From a virus (taxonomy: Duplodnaviria; Caudoviricetes): DNA of 64,000 nucleotides. This document shows, piece by piece, positions 16,241 through 25,850 of the stretch. Positions within the stretch are counted from its first letter, which is position 1; each line of letters opens with the position of its first letter. The DNA is taken from IMG/VR virus record IMGVR_UViG_3300029305_006387, positions 3,221 to 67,220 of that record. The stretch is one strand, 5' to 3'. The translations under genes and the position numbers were made by a program. The notes under the pieces are model-generated. The model saw only the letters and a list, made by a program, of their open reading frames with translations, was not told where the DNA came from and searched no databases.

Positions 16241-17377
16241 TTAGACGATTTTTGCGAGGATGTTATCCATATCTTCTTGGTACAAATGCCCGTATGTTTT
16301 TATTACTTGCTCAACGGTATCGCTAATTAAATCTGCCACAACGATAAAGTTTGCGCCAAGGTGTATAAGCATTGAAACGAAAGAGTGGCGCAAATCGTGA
16401 ATGCGGATGCGTTTCACGCCCGCTCTTTCTATATATTTATCAAAGACACGCGCGACGGTGGTCGCCGCAAGCGGTTGGTCGCCGCCAAAATAAAATTTCC
16501 CGTCTTTTGGTGCGTAATTCTTTATTTCATCTTGCACGACTTTGCAAATGGGAATAACGCACTCCTTATCTTCTTTCGTTGTGGTGATTTCCCAAGTTTC
16601 CTTGCCGAAAGTTCTCCTATTTACCGATTTTGAGAAAGAAATGGTTTTTTCGCGTACATCTTCGGGGAATAGAGCGAAAAGCTCCCCCTTTCTTCTCCCG
16701 GTGAAAAACATAAAAGTAAAAAGGGCGTGCCACGTGGGGTCATCAACGACGGCTATAAACTGTTCAAACTCTTCTCTCGTCCAAAATAACATTTCTTTTT
16801 TCGGGGAACGGCGTTTCGGCTTGTCCATAATAAGAAAGTAGTTTTTATAGCCGTATCTTTTTTCAACCCAAGTTAAAAACGTACTGAACAGACCACGGAT
16901 TTTCGTCAAATACTTATGCGAAAAATATTTCCCATTCTTCTCGTTTTTCATCGCCCACATTCTATCTTGCCAATTATACAGGCTTTCTTCCGTAATGTTT
17001 TTTGCTTTTATACTTTCATAATCAGGCAAGATATAGTTCCGAAAAATATTATGCTTGTCGTAGATTACACTTTCCTTATTCACATTTCCGAGTGTTGCCA
17101 AATAAGCCCGTACCAATTCGCCCACAGTAGGCTCTTCCTTCTGTGGGTTTTTCTTTTTCAACGGATTGCGCTTTACAAGCTCGCATTTTTCGGTTACAAA
17201 CTCCATATAGCCCTGCTTTGCTAAACCTTTCGTTGCAAAGCCGCGAATTTGCATCTGCTTTTCTTCGCCGTCCATTGTAATTACGCGGAATAGCAGGTCA
17301 TATACCTTTCCGCGTTTTTTTGTGTTTCTCTCACGAAGAGAATATTTATTTGAAGAAATATAATAATGTTCACTCAT
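16241..17377 (-). CDS. int: tyrosine recombinase / phage integrase
   Basis: FFTGRRKGELFAL (R), RIRIHDLRHSFVS (HxxR), YGHLY (catalytic Y); N-terminal arm-binding and SAM-like domains. Confidence 0.95.
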   Translation of the reverse strand: MSEHYYISSNKYSLRERNTKKRGKVYDLLFRVITMDGEEKQMQIRGFATKGLAKQGYMEFVTEKCELVKRNPLKKKNPQKEEPTVGELVRAYLATLGNVNKESVIYDKHNIFRNYILPDYESIKAKNITEESLYNWQDRMWAMKNEKNGKYFSHKYLTKIRGLFSTFLTWVEKRYGYKNYFLIMDKPKRRSPKKEMLFWTREEFEQFIAVVDDPTWHALFTFMFFTGRRKGELFALFPEDVREKTISFSKSVNRRTFGKETWEITTTKEDKECVIPICKVVQDEIKNYAPKDGKFYFGGDQPLAATTVARVFDKYIERAGVKRIRIHDLRHSFVSMLIHLGANFIVVADLISDTVEQVIKTYGHLYQEDMDNILAKIV

Positions 17378-18171
17378 TGCGCTGTAATATCAATTCCTAT
17401 AATGGTTTTTATCGAAAGAATTATATCGTCGTACCAATCGGGCATTTTTGTTGATTCACTATCCATAGACAAGAGCTGTGTCGCGCCGAATATTGCAAGT
17501 TTTTCCTTCAGAGAAGCATTGCTTGCTTTTTTCGATTTAATATGGGTCAATGCAAGCTCCCACGCAAAACCTTTGCAATTAAACAAATAACTATCTTCGC
17601 AGAGCGCAAAAAATGATTCGGCTTCGTCCAAATCGTCCTGCGCATCATCTATCAGTTTTTGGTTTATTTGATATTCCCATTGACCTGTCGCCGAATTATA
17701 CACGCGAACGGGTCTTTGGTTTTTTGCTGCATCGAGGGCATTCGTGCAATCTTCCACTTGTTCCCTTGCGGAAGTATATAAGGTTCTACTTGCCGATAAA
17801 GTATCGGAATCGACGGTATATGGGCATACATAAAACAAAGCATCATACAGCTCGTCGATTTGCTCATAATTCAACTGTGAAATGTCGGTGATAGTATTCC
17901 CGCAAGCGGAACACACGTTTTTATTATAAGAATGCCCCACAGCTTGCGCATTTTTTATGTTTTGTTGAAAACAATATCGACACTCAAATATTTCTTCGCC
18001 GTCTTGTGTGCAAGTTGCGGTTGAAGAGATAAGCCTATAATCGTGGCTACATTTCGCTTGTTGAGAAGAATTTGTCGTCGAGTTGCCGTCGCTACTATCC
18101 GCATTCATTGGAGAGCATCCAATAAAAAGAACCAAACCCAACGATAAAATTACTGATAAAATCTGTTTCAT
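17374..18171 (-). CDS. predicted lipoprotein in immunity region (superinfection-exclusion candidate)
   Basis: MKQILSVILSLGLVLFIGC signal/lipobox, Ser/Asn linker, Cys-His repeats. Confidence 0.65.
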   Translation of the reverse strand: MKQILSVILSLGLVLFIGCSPMNADSSDGNSTTNSSQQAKCSHDYRLISSTATCTQDGEEIFECRYCFQQNIKNAQAVGHSYNKNVCSACGNTITDISQLNYEQIDELYDALFYVCPYTVDSDTLSASRTLYTSAREQVEDCTNALDAAKNQRPVRVYNSATGQWEYQINQKLIDDAQDDLDEAESFFALCEDSYLFNCKGFAWELALTHIKSKKASNASLKEKLAIFGATQLLSMDSESTKMPDWYDDIILSIKTIIGIDITAQ

Positions 18172-18182
18172 AATCGTATTTA

Positions 18183-18584
18183 TTATTTGTTTTCGACGAG
18201 TTCCGCAGCAAATGTAAGCAATTTTGCCTTTTGGGTAACGGTCATTTTCTTGCAAATAGCAAATAGTTCAGATTCAAACTCGGAAAGCGATTCTCCGTTG
18301 AATACATTGCCGTTGTTGTTATCACCGATAATCCCGTTGTTTACACCGTGATTGGTGTTGCTCTCGTCCCACCCCATTAAATACGCGGGGGAAACACCAA
18401 GTACGGAAGCTATCGCAACTATCTTTGAACGACTAACATCAATTTCGCCTTTTTCAATCTTTGCAATACTCGACCTATCGGTATAACCACATTTTTTAGC
18501 GAATGCCTCTTGCGACAACCCAAGCTCAATTCTTTTGGTTCTTACTCTCTCTCCGAATGCCTTTAATTCTATTTGGTTACTCAT
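18183..18584 (-). CDS. CI-like XRE-family repressor
   Basis: GERVRTKRIELGLSQEAFAKKCGYTDRSSIAKIEKG...IASVLGVSPAYLMGW. Confidence 0.9.
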   Translation of the reverse strand: MSNQIELKAFGERVRTKRIELGLSQEAFAKKCGYTDRSSIAKIEKGEIDVSRSKIVAIASVLGVSPAYLMGWDESNTNHGVNNGIIGDNNNGNVFNGESLSEFESELFAICKKMTVTQKAKLLTFAAELVENK

Positions 18585-18685
18585 ATTATATATCTCCTGT
18601 AAGTGTCGGTGAATACATAATAGCATATTGTGGAAAAAAAATCAACAAAAAATCAAAAAAAATATAAAAAAGTATAAAAAAATAC

Positions 18686-18714
18686 TTGACAAGGCAAAAA
18701 TGATGTGATAAGAT
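18686..18714 (+). promoter_or_regulatory. lytic (PR-like) promoter
   Basis: TTGACA-17 nt-TAAGAT with extended TGn, divergent from cI. Confidence 0.7.
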
Positions 18715-18719
18715 ATATT

Positions 18720-18736
18720 CGTGAATTAAAATCACG
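18720..18736. promoter_or_regulatory. operator palindrome CGTGA-ATTAAAA-TCACG
   Basis: Just downstream of PR -10; 16-bp identical copy at 18987-19002. Confidence 0.7.
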
Positions 18737-18749
18737 GCAGGAGGTAAAT

Positions 18750-18986
18750 ATGCAAACTATGGACAAAATTAGCACACCGGCAATCGACAAAAACAGATTG
18801 AAGTCGAAGTGGGTCGAAAAGGGCTACTTACAGTCTGATATTGCAAGAGAATTACAGCTTTCCCCTGCGGGCTTTTCCAGAAAAATAAACGGCAAAACTG
18901 ACTTCTCCCTTTCGGAGATTCATAGGATTTGCTATTTGTTGGATTTGACCGCAGATGATAGGGAGGCTATTTTTTTTGCGAAATAG
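18750..18986 (+). CDS. Cro-like HTH protein
   Basis: RLKSKWVEKGYLQSDIARELQLSPAGFSRKINGKTDFSLSEI...IFFA; GGAGG SD. Confidence 0.85.
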   Translation: MQTMDKISTPAIDKNRLKSKWVEKGYLQSDIARELQLSPAGFSRKINGKTDFSLSEIHRICYLLDLTADDREAIFFAK

Positions 18987-19003
18987 CGTGAATTAAAATC
19001 ACA
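18987..19003. promoter_or_regulatory. second operator copy
   Basis: CGTGAATTAAAATCACA immediately after cro stop. Confidence 0.65.
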
Positions 19004-19026
19004 CAATCAAAGGAGAGCGAGTCAAA

Positions 19027-19278
19027 ATGACGATAGAAAGAAGGCGAGAAATTTTCGCCAAGGACTTTTTGACGGTATGTGAAATTGAAGAACTGCTCGG
19101 CGTTGATTATCAGACCGCAGCGAGAATTGTACGCAACATTCGGCGAATTTCAGACAGGCTTGGAATTAGGGGTAAGATTCACGTGCAAGATTACCTTGAT
19201 TATTATAAAATCCCGCCCGATAGGTATTACGCCGTGGAAACTTTTGAAAAAGGAGAAACAAACAATGAAAACACCTGA
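19027..19278 (+). CDS. excisionase-like HTH protein
   Basis: FLTVCEIEELLGVDYQTAARIVR...KIHVQDYLDY. Confidence 0.55.
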   Translation: MTIERRREIFAKDFLTVCEIEELLGVDYQTAARIVRNIRRISDRLGIRGKIHVQDYLDYYKIPPDRYYAVETFEKGETNNENT

Positions 19279-19441
19279 ACAAATCAAAACAGCAACGGAA
19301 ACGATTGCGTTATTGCAAGACTACACAGAGCTTGCAAAAATCGAAAAGAAGCTGAAAAGCGACGTCGCTAAACAAAAGACGGACGAGCTTATCGTCGCTA
19401 TTCTCGACAGGGCAAATCACAACGTCGGAGAGGTATTGTAA
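19265..19441 (+). CDS. small hypothetical protein
   Basis: MKTPEQIK... with AAGGAG SD. Confidence 0.5.
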   Translation: MKTPEQIKTATETIALLQDYTELAKIEKKLKSDVAKQKTDELIVAILDRANHNVGEVL

Positions 19442-19444
19442 TCA

Positions 19445-19861
19445 ATGAATAAGATTTTTCTCATCGGGAATATAACCCACGACCCGGAATTGTCTGAAAC
19501 AGACGGTGGAACGGCGCGATGCAAGTTTTCTCTTGCTGTAAATAGGGCTTATGCGGGGAATAACGGAGAAAGGCAAACAGATTTCTTTTCGTGTGTTGCT
19601 TGGAGAAACCAAGCGGAAGCTATTGCCAAATATTGTAAAAAGGGCAGTAAGATTTCGATTGTCGGCACGGTGCAAGTTCGCCAATATGAAGATAGTCAGG
19701 GCGTAAAACGAACCGCATTCGATGTGGTTATACAAGAGCAAGAGTTCTTATCCAAGGCAAGTGAAACGGTAGAAGAAGAGAACAACGCACCGAAAGCCAC
19801 CAACCAAAGGAAGAAACCTACGCTCAAACCTGTTGACGACGACGAAGAACCGCCGTTTTAA
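19445..19861 (+). CDS. ssb: single-stranded DNA-binding protein
   Basis: MNKIFLIGNITHDPEL...TDFFSCVAWR...KGSKISIVG; acidic tail DDDEEPPF. Confidence 0.95.
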   Translation: MNKIFLIGNITHDPELSETDGGTARCKFSLAVNRAYAGNNGERQTDFFSCVAWRNQAEAIAKYCKKGSKISIVGTVQVRQYEDSQGVKRTAFDVVIQEQEFLSKASETVEEENNAPKATNQRKKPTLKPVDDDEEPPF

Positions 19862-19881
19862 TAAGAATAAGAGGTGAATAT

Positions 19882-20115
19882 ATGGAAAACAACAAAAGAC
19901 CCGCTCAATGCGACAGAGCGTTAGAATATATGCGAACTCACAACGGGCTGACTTCCCTTGAAGCTCTCCTTAACCTTGGCATTTTAAGTTTCCCGAAACG
20001 CATTTGCGAATTGCGCCAACGCGGGTATTACATAACAACAAAGTGGGAACAGGGAACAGATAGGGATGGAAAGAAGTTTCGCGTGAAACGTTATTTCCTT
20101 GTTGAAGAGAAATGA
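19882..20115 (+). CDS. winged HTH protein (HTH_39-like)
   Basis: QCDRALEYMRTHNGLTSLEA...ILSFPKRICELRQRGY.I. Confidence 0.75.
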   Translation: MENNKRPAQCDRALEYMRTHNGLTSLEALLNLGILSFPKRICELRQRGYYITTKWEQGTDRDGKKFRVKRYFLVEEK

Positions 20116-20756
20116 GTTTGACCTATATTGATTACCCAAATAGGGAAGAGTGGCTCAAAGGGCGTATCAATACGCTTGGCGCAAGCGAGATTGCATCCGC
20201 AATGGGTATGGGGTTTATGTCGCAAATCGACCTTTGGAAGATAAAGACGGGGCGAATGCCCGCAAAAGACATCTCCCAAAGTTCTCGCGTAAAGTATGGC
20301 ACGGATGCGGAAGAGCATTTAAGAGCTTTATTCGCATTAAAACACAAGAACGAATATCGGGTGGAGTATCACCCATACCGAACGTACATCAATACAGATA
20401 TTCCTTTTATGAGTTGCACTCTTGACGGCGAGCTTGTAAGGCTTTCCGACGGCGCAAGGGGAATATGGGAAGGAAAGACTGTTTGGATAATACGGTCAAG
20501 TGAGCTTGAAGAGTGGAATGGAAAAATAAAACAAGCATATTACATTCAAGTATTGGGGCAGTTAGACATTACCAAATGGGATTTTGCGATTGTTACGGTA
20601 GAGATTATTTTTCCTGATAAAAACTCCGAGATAAGACATTATCAAATAGAGCGGAGCGGAGCTATAAAAGCGATTTCTACCGTCGAGAACGGCGCAAGAA
20701 AATTTTGGGGGTATGTTGAAAGTAATAAGCAACCGCCGATAACGGTGCGATTATAG
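20112..20756 (+). CDS. YqaJ-like viral recombinase exonuclease
   Basis: REEWLKGR...LGASEI...CTLDGEL...EGKT...YYIQVLGQL. Confidence 0.9.
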   Translation: MSLTYIDYPNREEWLKGRINTLGASEIASAMGMGFMSQIDLWKIKTGRMPAKDISQSSRVKYGTDAEEHLRALFALKHKNEYRVEYHPYRTYINTDIPFMSCTLDGELVRLSDGARGIWEGKTVWIIRSSELEEWNGKIKQAYYIQVLGQLDITKWDFAIVTVEIIFPDKNSEIRHYQIERSGAIKAISTVENGARKFWGYVESNKQPPITVRL

Positions 20757-20775
20757 ACGTGGAGGTGATATTGAT

Positions 20776-21861
20776 TTGAAATGCGGGTTAAAAACTTTCC
20801 CGCTTTCCGTAGATTTAGACGATAGTGTAAAACTCATTGAGGCTGAATATGGAGTTCAGGGCTTTGCCATTGTTATAAAACTCTATCAAGCCATATACAG
20901 TCGCGGCTATTATATGAAATGGGACACGGATGCCAAGCTCCTATTTATCCGAGATTATTGTTTAACAGAAGTGGGGAGAGATTTGGTTTCCGAAGTGGTG
21001 GAGTGTTGCATAAGGCGCGAAGTATTTGAGCCTTCCTTGTATAAAGAACACAATATTTTAACAAGCAAAAGGATTCAAGAAACTTTCTTAACGGCAACAA
21101 AGCGAAGTACAAAAGTCGTGTTTGATAAGCAGTACGCCCTTCCTATCGTTTATGAATTTATACAAAATGTAAGCAAAAGTGGAAAAAATGTAAACATTTT
21201 CTTCAAAAATGATGACATTTTGCAACAAAGGAAAGGAAAGGAAAAGAAAGAAGAGGAAAAGCCCCCTAACCCCCAAGAAGGGGGAGGGGAAACACAATCA
21301 GAGTGGAGAGATAAATTTTTCGATAAATTCAATCAATTCGCAAAGAAGAACTATCACGACGAAGGTGTTGATTACAAAATCCTTTATTCGGAATTTTGTC
21401 AATCGGTGCATTTGCAGAATATGTATTCTTTTCCGCTGGTAGTTAGGATTTATCCGAAGATTAAGAACGGCGATTACCGCGACAAAAAAAGCGAGCAAGA
21501 GCAACGGATAGATGCCATAAATGCAAAAGCGGATAGGGAGCGGTATTATGCCAACCTTCAAGCAAGGGCGCAGGCGCGTGTCGATAGGATTACTGAAATC
21601 GCAATGGGCGACAGTCGTTTCAAGGAGTTGTCGAAAGAATTGTCTAAATTGGAAATTGAACTTGCAAGAGCTGAAGTGTACAACCTTGGTACGCTCGACG
21701 ACTTGAAACAAAAACAAGAACAATTATTAAGCGAACGCGCATCTGTCCTTCGGGAACTTGGCATAAAGGAATCGGATTTTACACCGACCTTTAAGTGCAA
21801 AAAATGTTCCGATACGGGCTATCTCCCGAGCGGTGCAGCGTGTGATTGCTACAATCCATAA
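20776..21861 (+). CDS. replication initiator (DUF4373/Lin1244-like) with C-terminal coiled-coil and Cys4 zinc finger
   Basis: FPLSVDLDDSVKLIEAEYGVQGFAIVIKLYQAIY...LTSKRIQ; C-terminal CKKCSDTGY...CDC. Confidence 0.85.
   Translation: MKCGLKTFPLSVDLDDSVKLIEAEYGVQGFAIVIKLYQAIYSRGYYMKWDTDAKLLFIRDYCLTEVGRDLVSEVVECCIRREVFEPSLYKEHNILTSKRIQETFLTATKRSTKVVFDKQYALPIVYEFIQNVSKSGKNVNIFFKNDDILQQRKGKEKKEEEKPPNPQEGGGETQSEWRDKFFDKFNQFAKKNYHDEGVDYKILYSEFCQSVHLQNMYSFPLVVRIYPKIKNGDYRDKKSEQEQRIDAINAKADRERYYANLQARAQARVDRITEIAMGDSRFKELSKELSKLEIELARAEVYNLGTLDDLKQKQEQLLSERASVLRELGIKESDFTPTFKCKKCSDTGYLPSGAACDCYNP
21164..21221. repeat. putative origin iterons inside initiator gene
   Basis: AAAATGTAAGCA, AAAATGTAAACATTTT and AAAATGATGACATTTT near-repeats in the linker region. 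Confidence 0.4.
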
Positions 21862-21872
21862 GGAGAATGCCG

Positions 21873-22052
21873 ATGATAGTAGTGGAAGGATATAAGGCTT
21901 TCAGGGGAGTTATGCTGATAATCCCTAAAAACAAAGAAATGCAGCCATTTGAAATCGAATGCGATTGGCTCTATAAACCTGAATACGATTGTTGGTATGG
22001 GAACGGTAGTAGCTATCCTGCGGGAATTTGCGAAATCGTAAGGGAGTATTGA
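21873..22052 (+). CDS. small hypothetical protein
   Basis: ORF with GGAG SD. Confidence 0.55.
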   Translation: MIVVEGYKAFRGVMLIIPKNKEMQPFEIECDWLYKPEYDCWYGNGSSYPAGICEIVREY

Positions 22053-22053
22053 A

Positions 22054-22260
22054 ATGAAATGGCAACATTGCAAAGGTGGAGTTTGGAAAGCTACGGGTAA
22101 AATAGGAGAGTTCGTCCTTTATAAAGATAAAGGCGGTTGGAAAGGGCATTATCACACGCCCGACGACAGTTATTTCTTTTTCTTGCCTTGGCATCGAAAA
22201 ATTGAACCATTGAAAAAGGTGTGCGAAAGAAACACTTATTGGGAAACAGAACAAAAATAA
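22054..22260 (+). CDS. small hypothetical protein
   Basis: Trp-rich ORF with GGGAG SD. Confidence 0.55.
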   Translation: MKWQHCKGGVWKATGKIGEFVLYKDKGGWKGHYHTPDDSYFFFLPWHRKIEPLKKVCERNTYWETEQK

Positions 22261-22280
22261 AAAACAGGAGATTTGAAGAA

Positions 22281-23165
22281 ATGAATGCAAAGAATATACA
22301 GAAGTCGCTGAAAAGAAAGATTGACGATTGGCTTAAATGTGTAAAGGACGAAAATATTGTTAAGTTAATCAAAGAAAACGCTCTTATTACCGGCGGCGCA
22401 ATCGTGTCGTTGTTAAACGGGGAAAAGCCGAATGACTACGACATTTATTTTAAGTCGTTGGAAAGTTGCAAAGAGGTTGCATCGTATTACGCTGAAATAT
22501 GGAACGCGGCGCACCCCGACGGGGCGCAAGTAAGCATAGAAAGCGACGACGAGAGAGTTCGGTGTTTTATAAGGTCGGTTGGCGTGGCTATGGAAGATGC
22601 GGAGAATGGTATCGACGACGAAACAGAGCCTTACGCAACTGAAAATCAAGAAAACCCCACCGAACAAAACCCCGAAGTTGAGAAACCGAAATACAGACCG
22701 CGTTATTTCTCCACGAATGCCATTAGCCTTTCCGACGGAATCCAAATCGTCATTCGGTTTTGCGGCGACGTCAAAGAAATTCATAAGAATTACGATTTTG
22801 TGCATTGCACTTGTAGCTACGACTATAAGACGGATGCTGTTGACCTGCCCGCAAGAGCGTTAGAGGCGATTATTAACAAAGAACTGTATTACGTAGGCAG
22901 TAAATATCCGCTTTGCTCAATCATTAGAGCAAGAAAGTTCATTGGGCGCGGTTGGAATATCAACGCGGGGCAGTATCTCAAAATGTGCCTTCAGTTGAAT
23001 GAGCTTGACTTGAAAGATTTGGCTGTATTCCAAGACCAATTATGTGGGGTGGACAGCTTGTATTTCTCGCAAGCTATCGAGGCTATCAAGGAAAGAAAAG
23101 AGAAAGAACCCGATTTTCAAATCGACAACGAGTATCTTTTTGAAATTATAAACCGAATTTTTTAA
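22281..23165 (+). CDS. nucleotidyltransferase-fold phage protein
   Basis: ITGGAIVSLL...PNDYDIYF (GG...DxD), later YDFVHC. Confidence 0.7.
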   Translation: MNAKNIQKSLKRKIDDWLKCVKDENIVKLIKENALITGGAIVSLLNGEKPNDYDIYFKSLESCKEVASYYAEIWNAAHPDGAQVSIESDDERVRCFIRSVGVAMEDAENGIDDETEPYATENQENPTEQNPEVEKPKYRPRYFSTNAISLSDGIQIVIRFCGDVKEIHKNYDFVHCTCSYDYKTDAVDLPARALEAIINKELYYVGSKYPLCSIIRARKFIGRGWNINAGQYLKMCLQLNELDLKDLAVFQDQLCGVDSLYFSQAIEAIKERKEKEPDFQIDNEYLFEIINRIF

Positions 23166-23180
23166 TAAGGAGATATAAAG

Positions 23181-24062
23181 ATGGAACAAAACAATATTGA
23201 CACGGCGATTGCCGCATTGAATGGACAGGAACAGCTCCCGCAGAGCATTGATGTCATTGTACGGGAAGATTTTGTGGAAAAATTGCCACAGATTTTATCC
23301 AACTTGGAATCGGTGAAAGCGTGGGCGATTGCTTGCACGGAACAGGACAGGCGTTTGATGCTTGTTTCGGATGAAGATTTTGAGCAAGCCAAGAAAAGGT
23401 GCGCTACAATAAACAACGTAATCAAAACCATTAACAGTAAAAAGATTGATGTAAAGAAAGCCTACATAAAGCCCTATGAGCTTTTTGAACAAAAGGCAAA
23501 AGAAGTCATTGAAATTCTTTCTACGGCAAAAGACCACCTTTGGTTGCAGGTATGCGATGCAGAGGAGAAGGCGAAAAACGCAAAGTTGGAGGAACTTCGT
23601 GCGCATTGGGAATCCCTTGGAGAAAAATGCGAATACCGTTCATTCGGGCAGATTTTTGATAAAAAATGGCTCAACAAAGGCTGTAAAGTCGAAACGGCAT
23701 TCGCGGAGATGGACAAGATTTATCAATCTATCGAAACGGATATTGGGGCAATCAAGGGGTTGAACAGCGAATTTACCGTGAGCTTGTATGAATATTACAA
23801 AGACGGTCATAGCGTAAGCGAAGTAATTGCTTACAACAACCGTCTTGCGGCACAAAAACAAGCCGTAGAACAACAAAAACAGGCAAGCAAGGAAATCCCG
23901 CAAACAAAAGAAGAAAAGGCTGAAATCGCAAAAGAGAGCGCGGATAAAGACGAAACGGAAGAAGTGCAAGAAATCACTTTTAAGGTTTGGGGAACGAGCG
24001 AGCAGTTTGCAAAGTTAAAGAAATTCCTTAACGAAAACGGTATGCGTTACGGAAAAGCATAA
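23181..24062 (+). CDS. DUF1351 family coiled-coil protein
   Basis: AKKRCATINN...KIDVKKAYIKPYELFE...KWLNK; typical position next to RecT. Confidence 0.8.
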   Translation: MEQNNIDTAIAALNGQEQLPQSIDVIVREDFVEKLPQILSNLESVKAWAIACTEQDRRLMLVSDEDFEQAKKRCATINNVIKTINSKKIDVKKAYIKPYELFEQKAKEVIEILSTAKDHLWLQVCDAEEKAKNAKLEELRAHWESLGEKCEYRSFGQIFDKKWLNKGCKVETAFAEMDKIYQSIETDIGAIKGLNSEFTVSLYEYYKDGHSVSEVIAYNNRLAAQKQAVEQQKQASKEIPQTKEEKAEIAKESADKDETEEVQEITFKVWGTSEQFAKLKKFLNENGMRYGKA

Positions 24063-24099
24063 AAAGTAAAAACAAAAATAAAAAATAGGAGAAAATATT

Positions 24100-25110
24100 A
24101 TGGCAACAACAGTATCAAATCAGTTGGCAACAGACGACGAAAGCGGGAAAGTAGTACCGTTTAGTCAGGCAATTCAATCCAAGGGCTATCAAGCTCTCAT
24201 CAACAGCACCTTGAAAGACCCGAAGAGAGTAAATCGCTTTGTAACGGCGGTCGTATCGGCGGTATCTGCAAACCCGCAACTGCAAAAATGTGAAGCAAGG
24301 ACGATTATCTCCGCAGCGTTGCAGGGCGAGGCTTTGGAGCTTTCACCTTCTCCCGCGCTCGGCGAGTATGCGCTCGTTCCTTACGGCTCTAATTGGAATG
24401 CACAGACCAAGGACTACGACACATACAAAGCTCAATTCCAAATTATGACGAATGGGCGCGTACAGTTGGCTATGCGCACGGCGCAATATGAAGATTTGGA
24501 TGCGCTTGAAATCCGCGAGGGCGAATATAAGGGGAAAGATAAGAGAACGGGCAAACCTATCATCGAGTTTATCGAAGATGACGAAGAAAGAGAAAAACAG
24601 CCCATCATTGGTTACTACGCATTCTTCAAGTTATTAAATGGATTCTTCAAGTCTGTTTATTTCTCCAAGACCAAGGTAATCGAACACGCAAAGAGATACA
24701 GCAAGGCTTTTGACTACAAGGTATTCTTAAAGGTTCAGAAAGGCGAAAGGCTCTCCGATTGGAAAGAAGAGAAGAAAGCGGAAACGCCTTGGATTGCGCA
24801 ATTTGACGAAATGGCAAAGAACCTCGTGTTGCGCCAAGTCTTGAAGAAAGCACCGAAGTCTATTGAAATGAGAACGGCAGACGAAGTGGAAGATAAAAAT
24901 GCACAAGATGCAAATCTCGCGGCAGTTATTGCAGAGCAACAGCAAACAAGCGAAGAGTTCTTTGATGGAACGGATGAAACAGCAGAACCCGTTGAATATA
25001 CGGAAGAAGATTTCGACGGTGAAACAGGCGAAGTGAAACCAAAACGTGGGCGTAAGAAAAAGGGAGAAAGCGTTGCTGCAACTTTCTTTGACGGTAACGA
25101 TGGCGAATAA
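24100..25110 (+). CDS. recT: RecT-family single-strand annealing protein
   Basis: LQKCEARTIISAALQGEALELSPSPALGEYALVPY...AQFQI...MAKNLVLRQVL. Confidence 0.9.
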   Translation: MATTVSNQLATDDESGKVVPFSQAIQSKGYQALINSTLKDPKRVNRFVTAVVSAVSANPQLQKCEARTIISAALQGEALELSPSPALGEYALVPYGSNWNAQTKDYDTYKAQFQIMTNGRVQLAMRTAQYEDLDALEIREGEYKGKDKRTGKPIIEFIEDDEEREKQPIIGYYAFFKLLNGFFKSVYFSKTKVIEHAKRYSKAFDYKVFLKVQKGERLSDWKEEKKAETPWIAQFDEMAKNLVLRQVLKKAPKSIEMRTADEVEDKNAQDANLAAVIAEQQQTSEEFFDGTDETAEPVEYTEEDFDGETGEVKPKRGRKKKGESVAATFFDGNDGE

Positions 25111-25568
25111 TGGTAATTCAACAGTATGACGAAAAACTGAAAAGGTGGGTCATATCCGGTGTTGGTCGTATTGTGGCGAGGGACGGTCAAAGTCCCTTGC
25201 TACAAACGGTCGCCAAAGGATTCAAAAGAATAGGTTTTTCGGTAAATACAGGCACGATAATCAACGGACAAGGGGAACATATCTACGAAACGGTTGTGTG
25301 TGCGGTGTATAGCAATATGTGGAACAAACAACTTTACGATATTGCTACAACTTTGAAAAAGAACGACGTGGTGCAATTCGCGGGGTGGGTTAAAGAAGGC
25401 GAGTTTGAAGATAGAGAAACAGGGACGATGAAACCGAGCAAAGAATGCCGCATCGAGTGGCTTTTACCGCTCAATCTTGTTGCTCCGCTTGTGAAGCCTG
25501 AAACCGACATAAACATACCAACGAAATACGCTACGGGCGAAGAAAAAGACGACGACTATCTTTTTTAA
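25110..25568 (+). CDS. second OB-fold / SSB-like protein
   Basis: VVCAVY...LKKNDVVQFAGWVKE...; acidic aromatic tail DDDYLF. Confidence 0.65.
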   Translation: MVIQQYDEKLKRWVISGVGRIVARDGQSPLLQTVAKGFKRIGFSVNTGTIINGQGEHIYETVVCAVYSNMWNKQLYDIATTLKKNDVVQFAGWVKEGEFEDRETGTMKPSKECRIEWLLPLNLVAPLVKPETDINIPTKYATGEEKDDDYLF

Positions 25569-25586
25569 TAAATAGGGAGAGGTGAA

Positions 25587-25850
25587 ATGGAAACAGACGA
25601 TAGAAGAAAAAAAACGGGAATCCCGAATTTTGGTGGAAATCTCGTATTATCGGGATATGACACGGAGAGAGATTTGAATAAAGCCAAGAAAGACATTGAG
25701 CGTATGCTTATGATTTTGAGTTCTGAAAGTGTCTATAACATTATCAAATTTCTTGCTCCATATAGGGCTGAAATGGCAAAGCGGGAACAGTTGGAATACA
25801 ACGACCTTACAGAAAGGGCAAAAAATGGAAAAACAAATCAAAAGCCGTAA
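25587..25850 (+). CDS. hypothetical protein
   Basis: ORF with GAGGTG SD. Confidence 0.55.
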   Translation: METDDRRKKTGIPNFGGNLVLSGYDTERDLNKAKKDIERMLMILSSESVYNIIKFLAPYRAEMAKREQLEYNDLTERAKNGKTNQKP

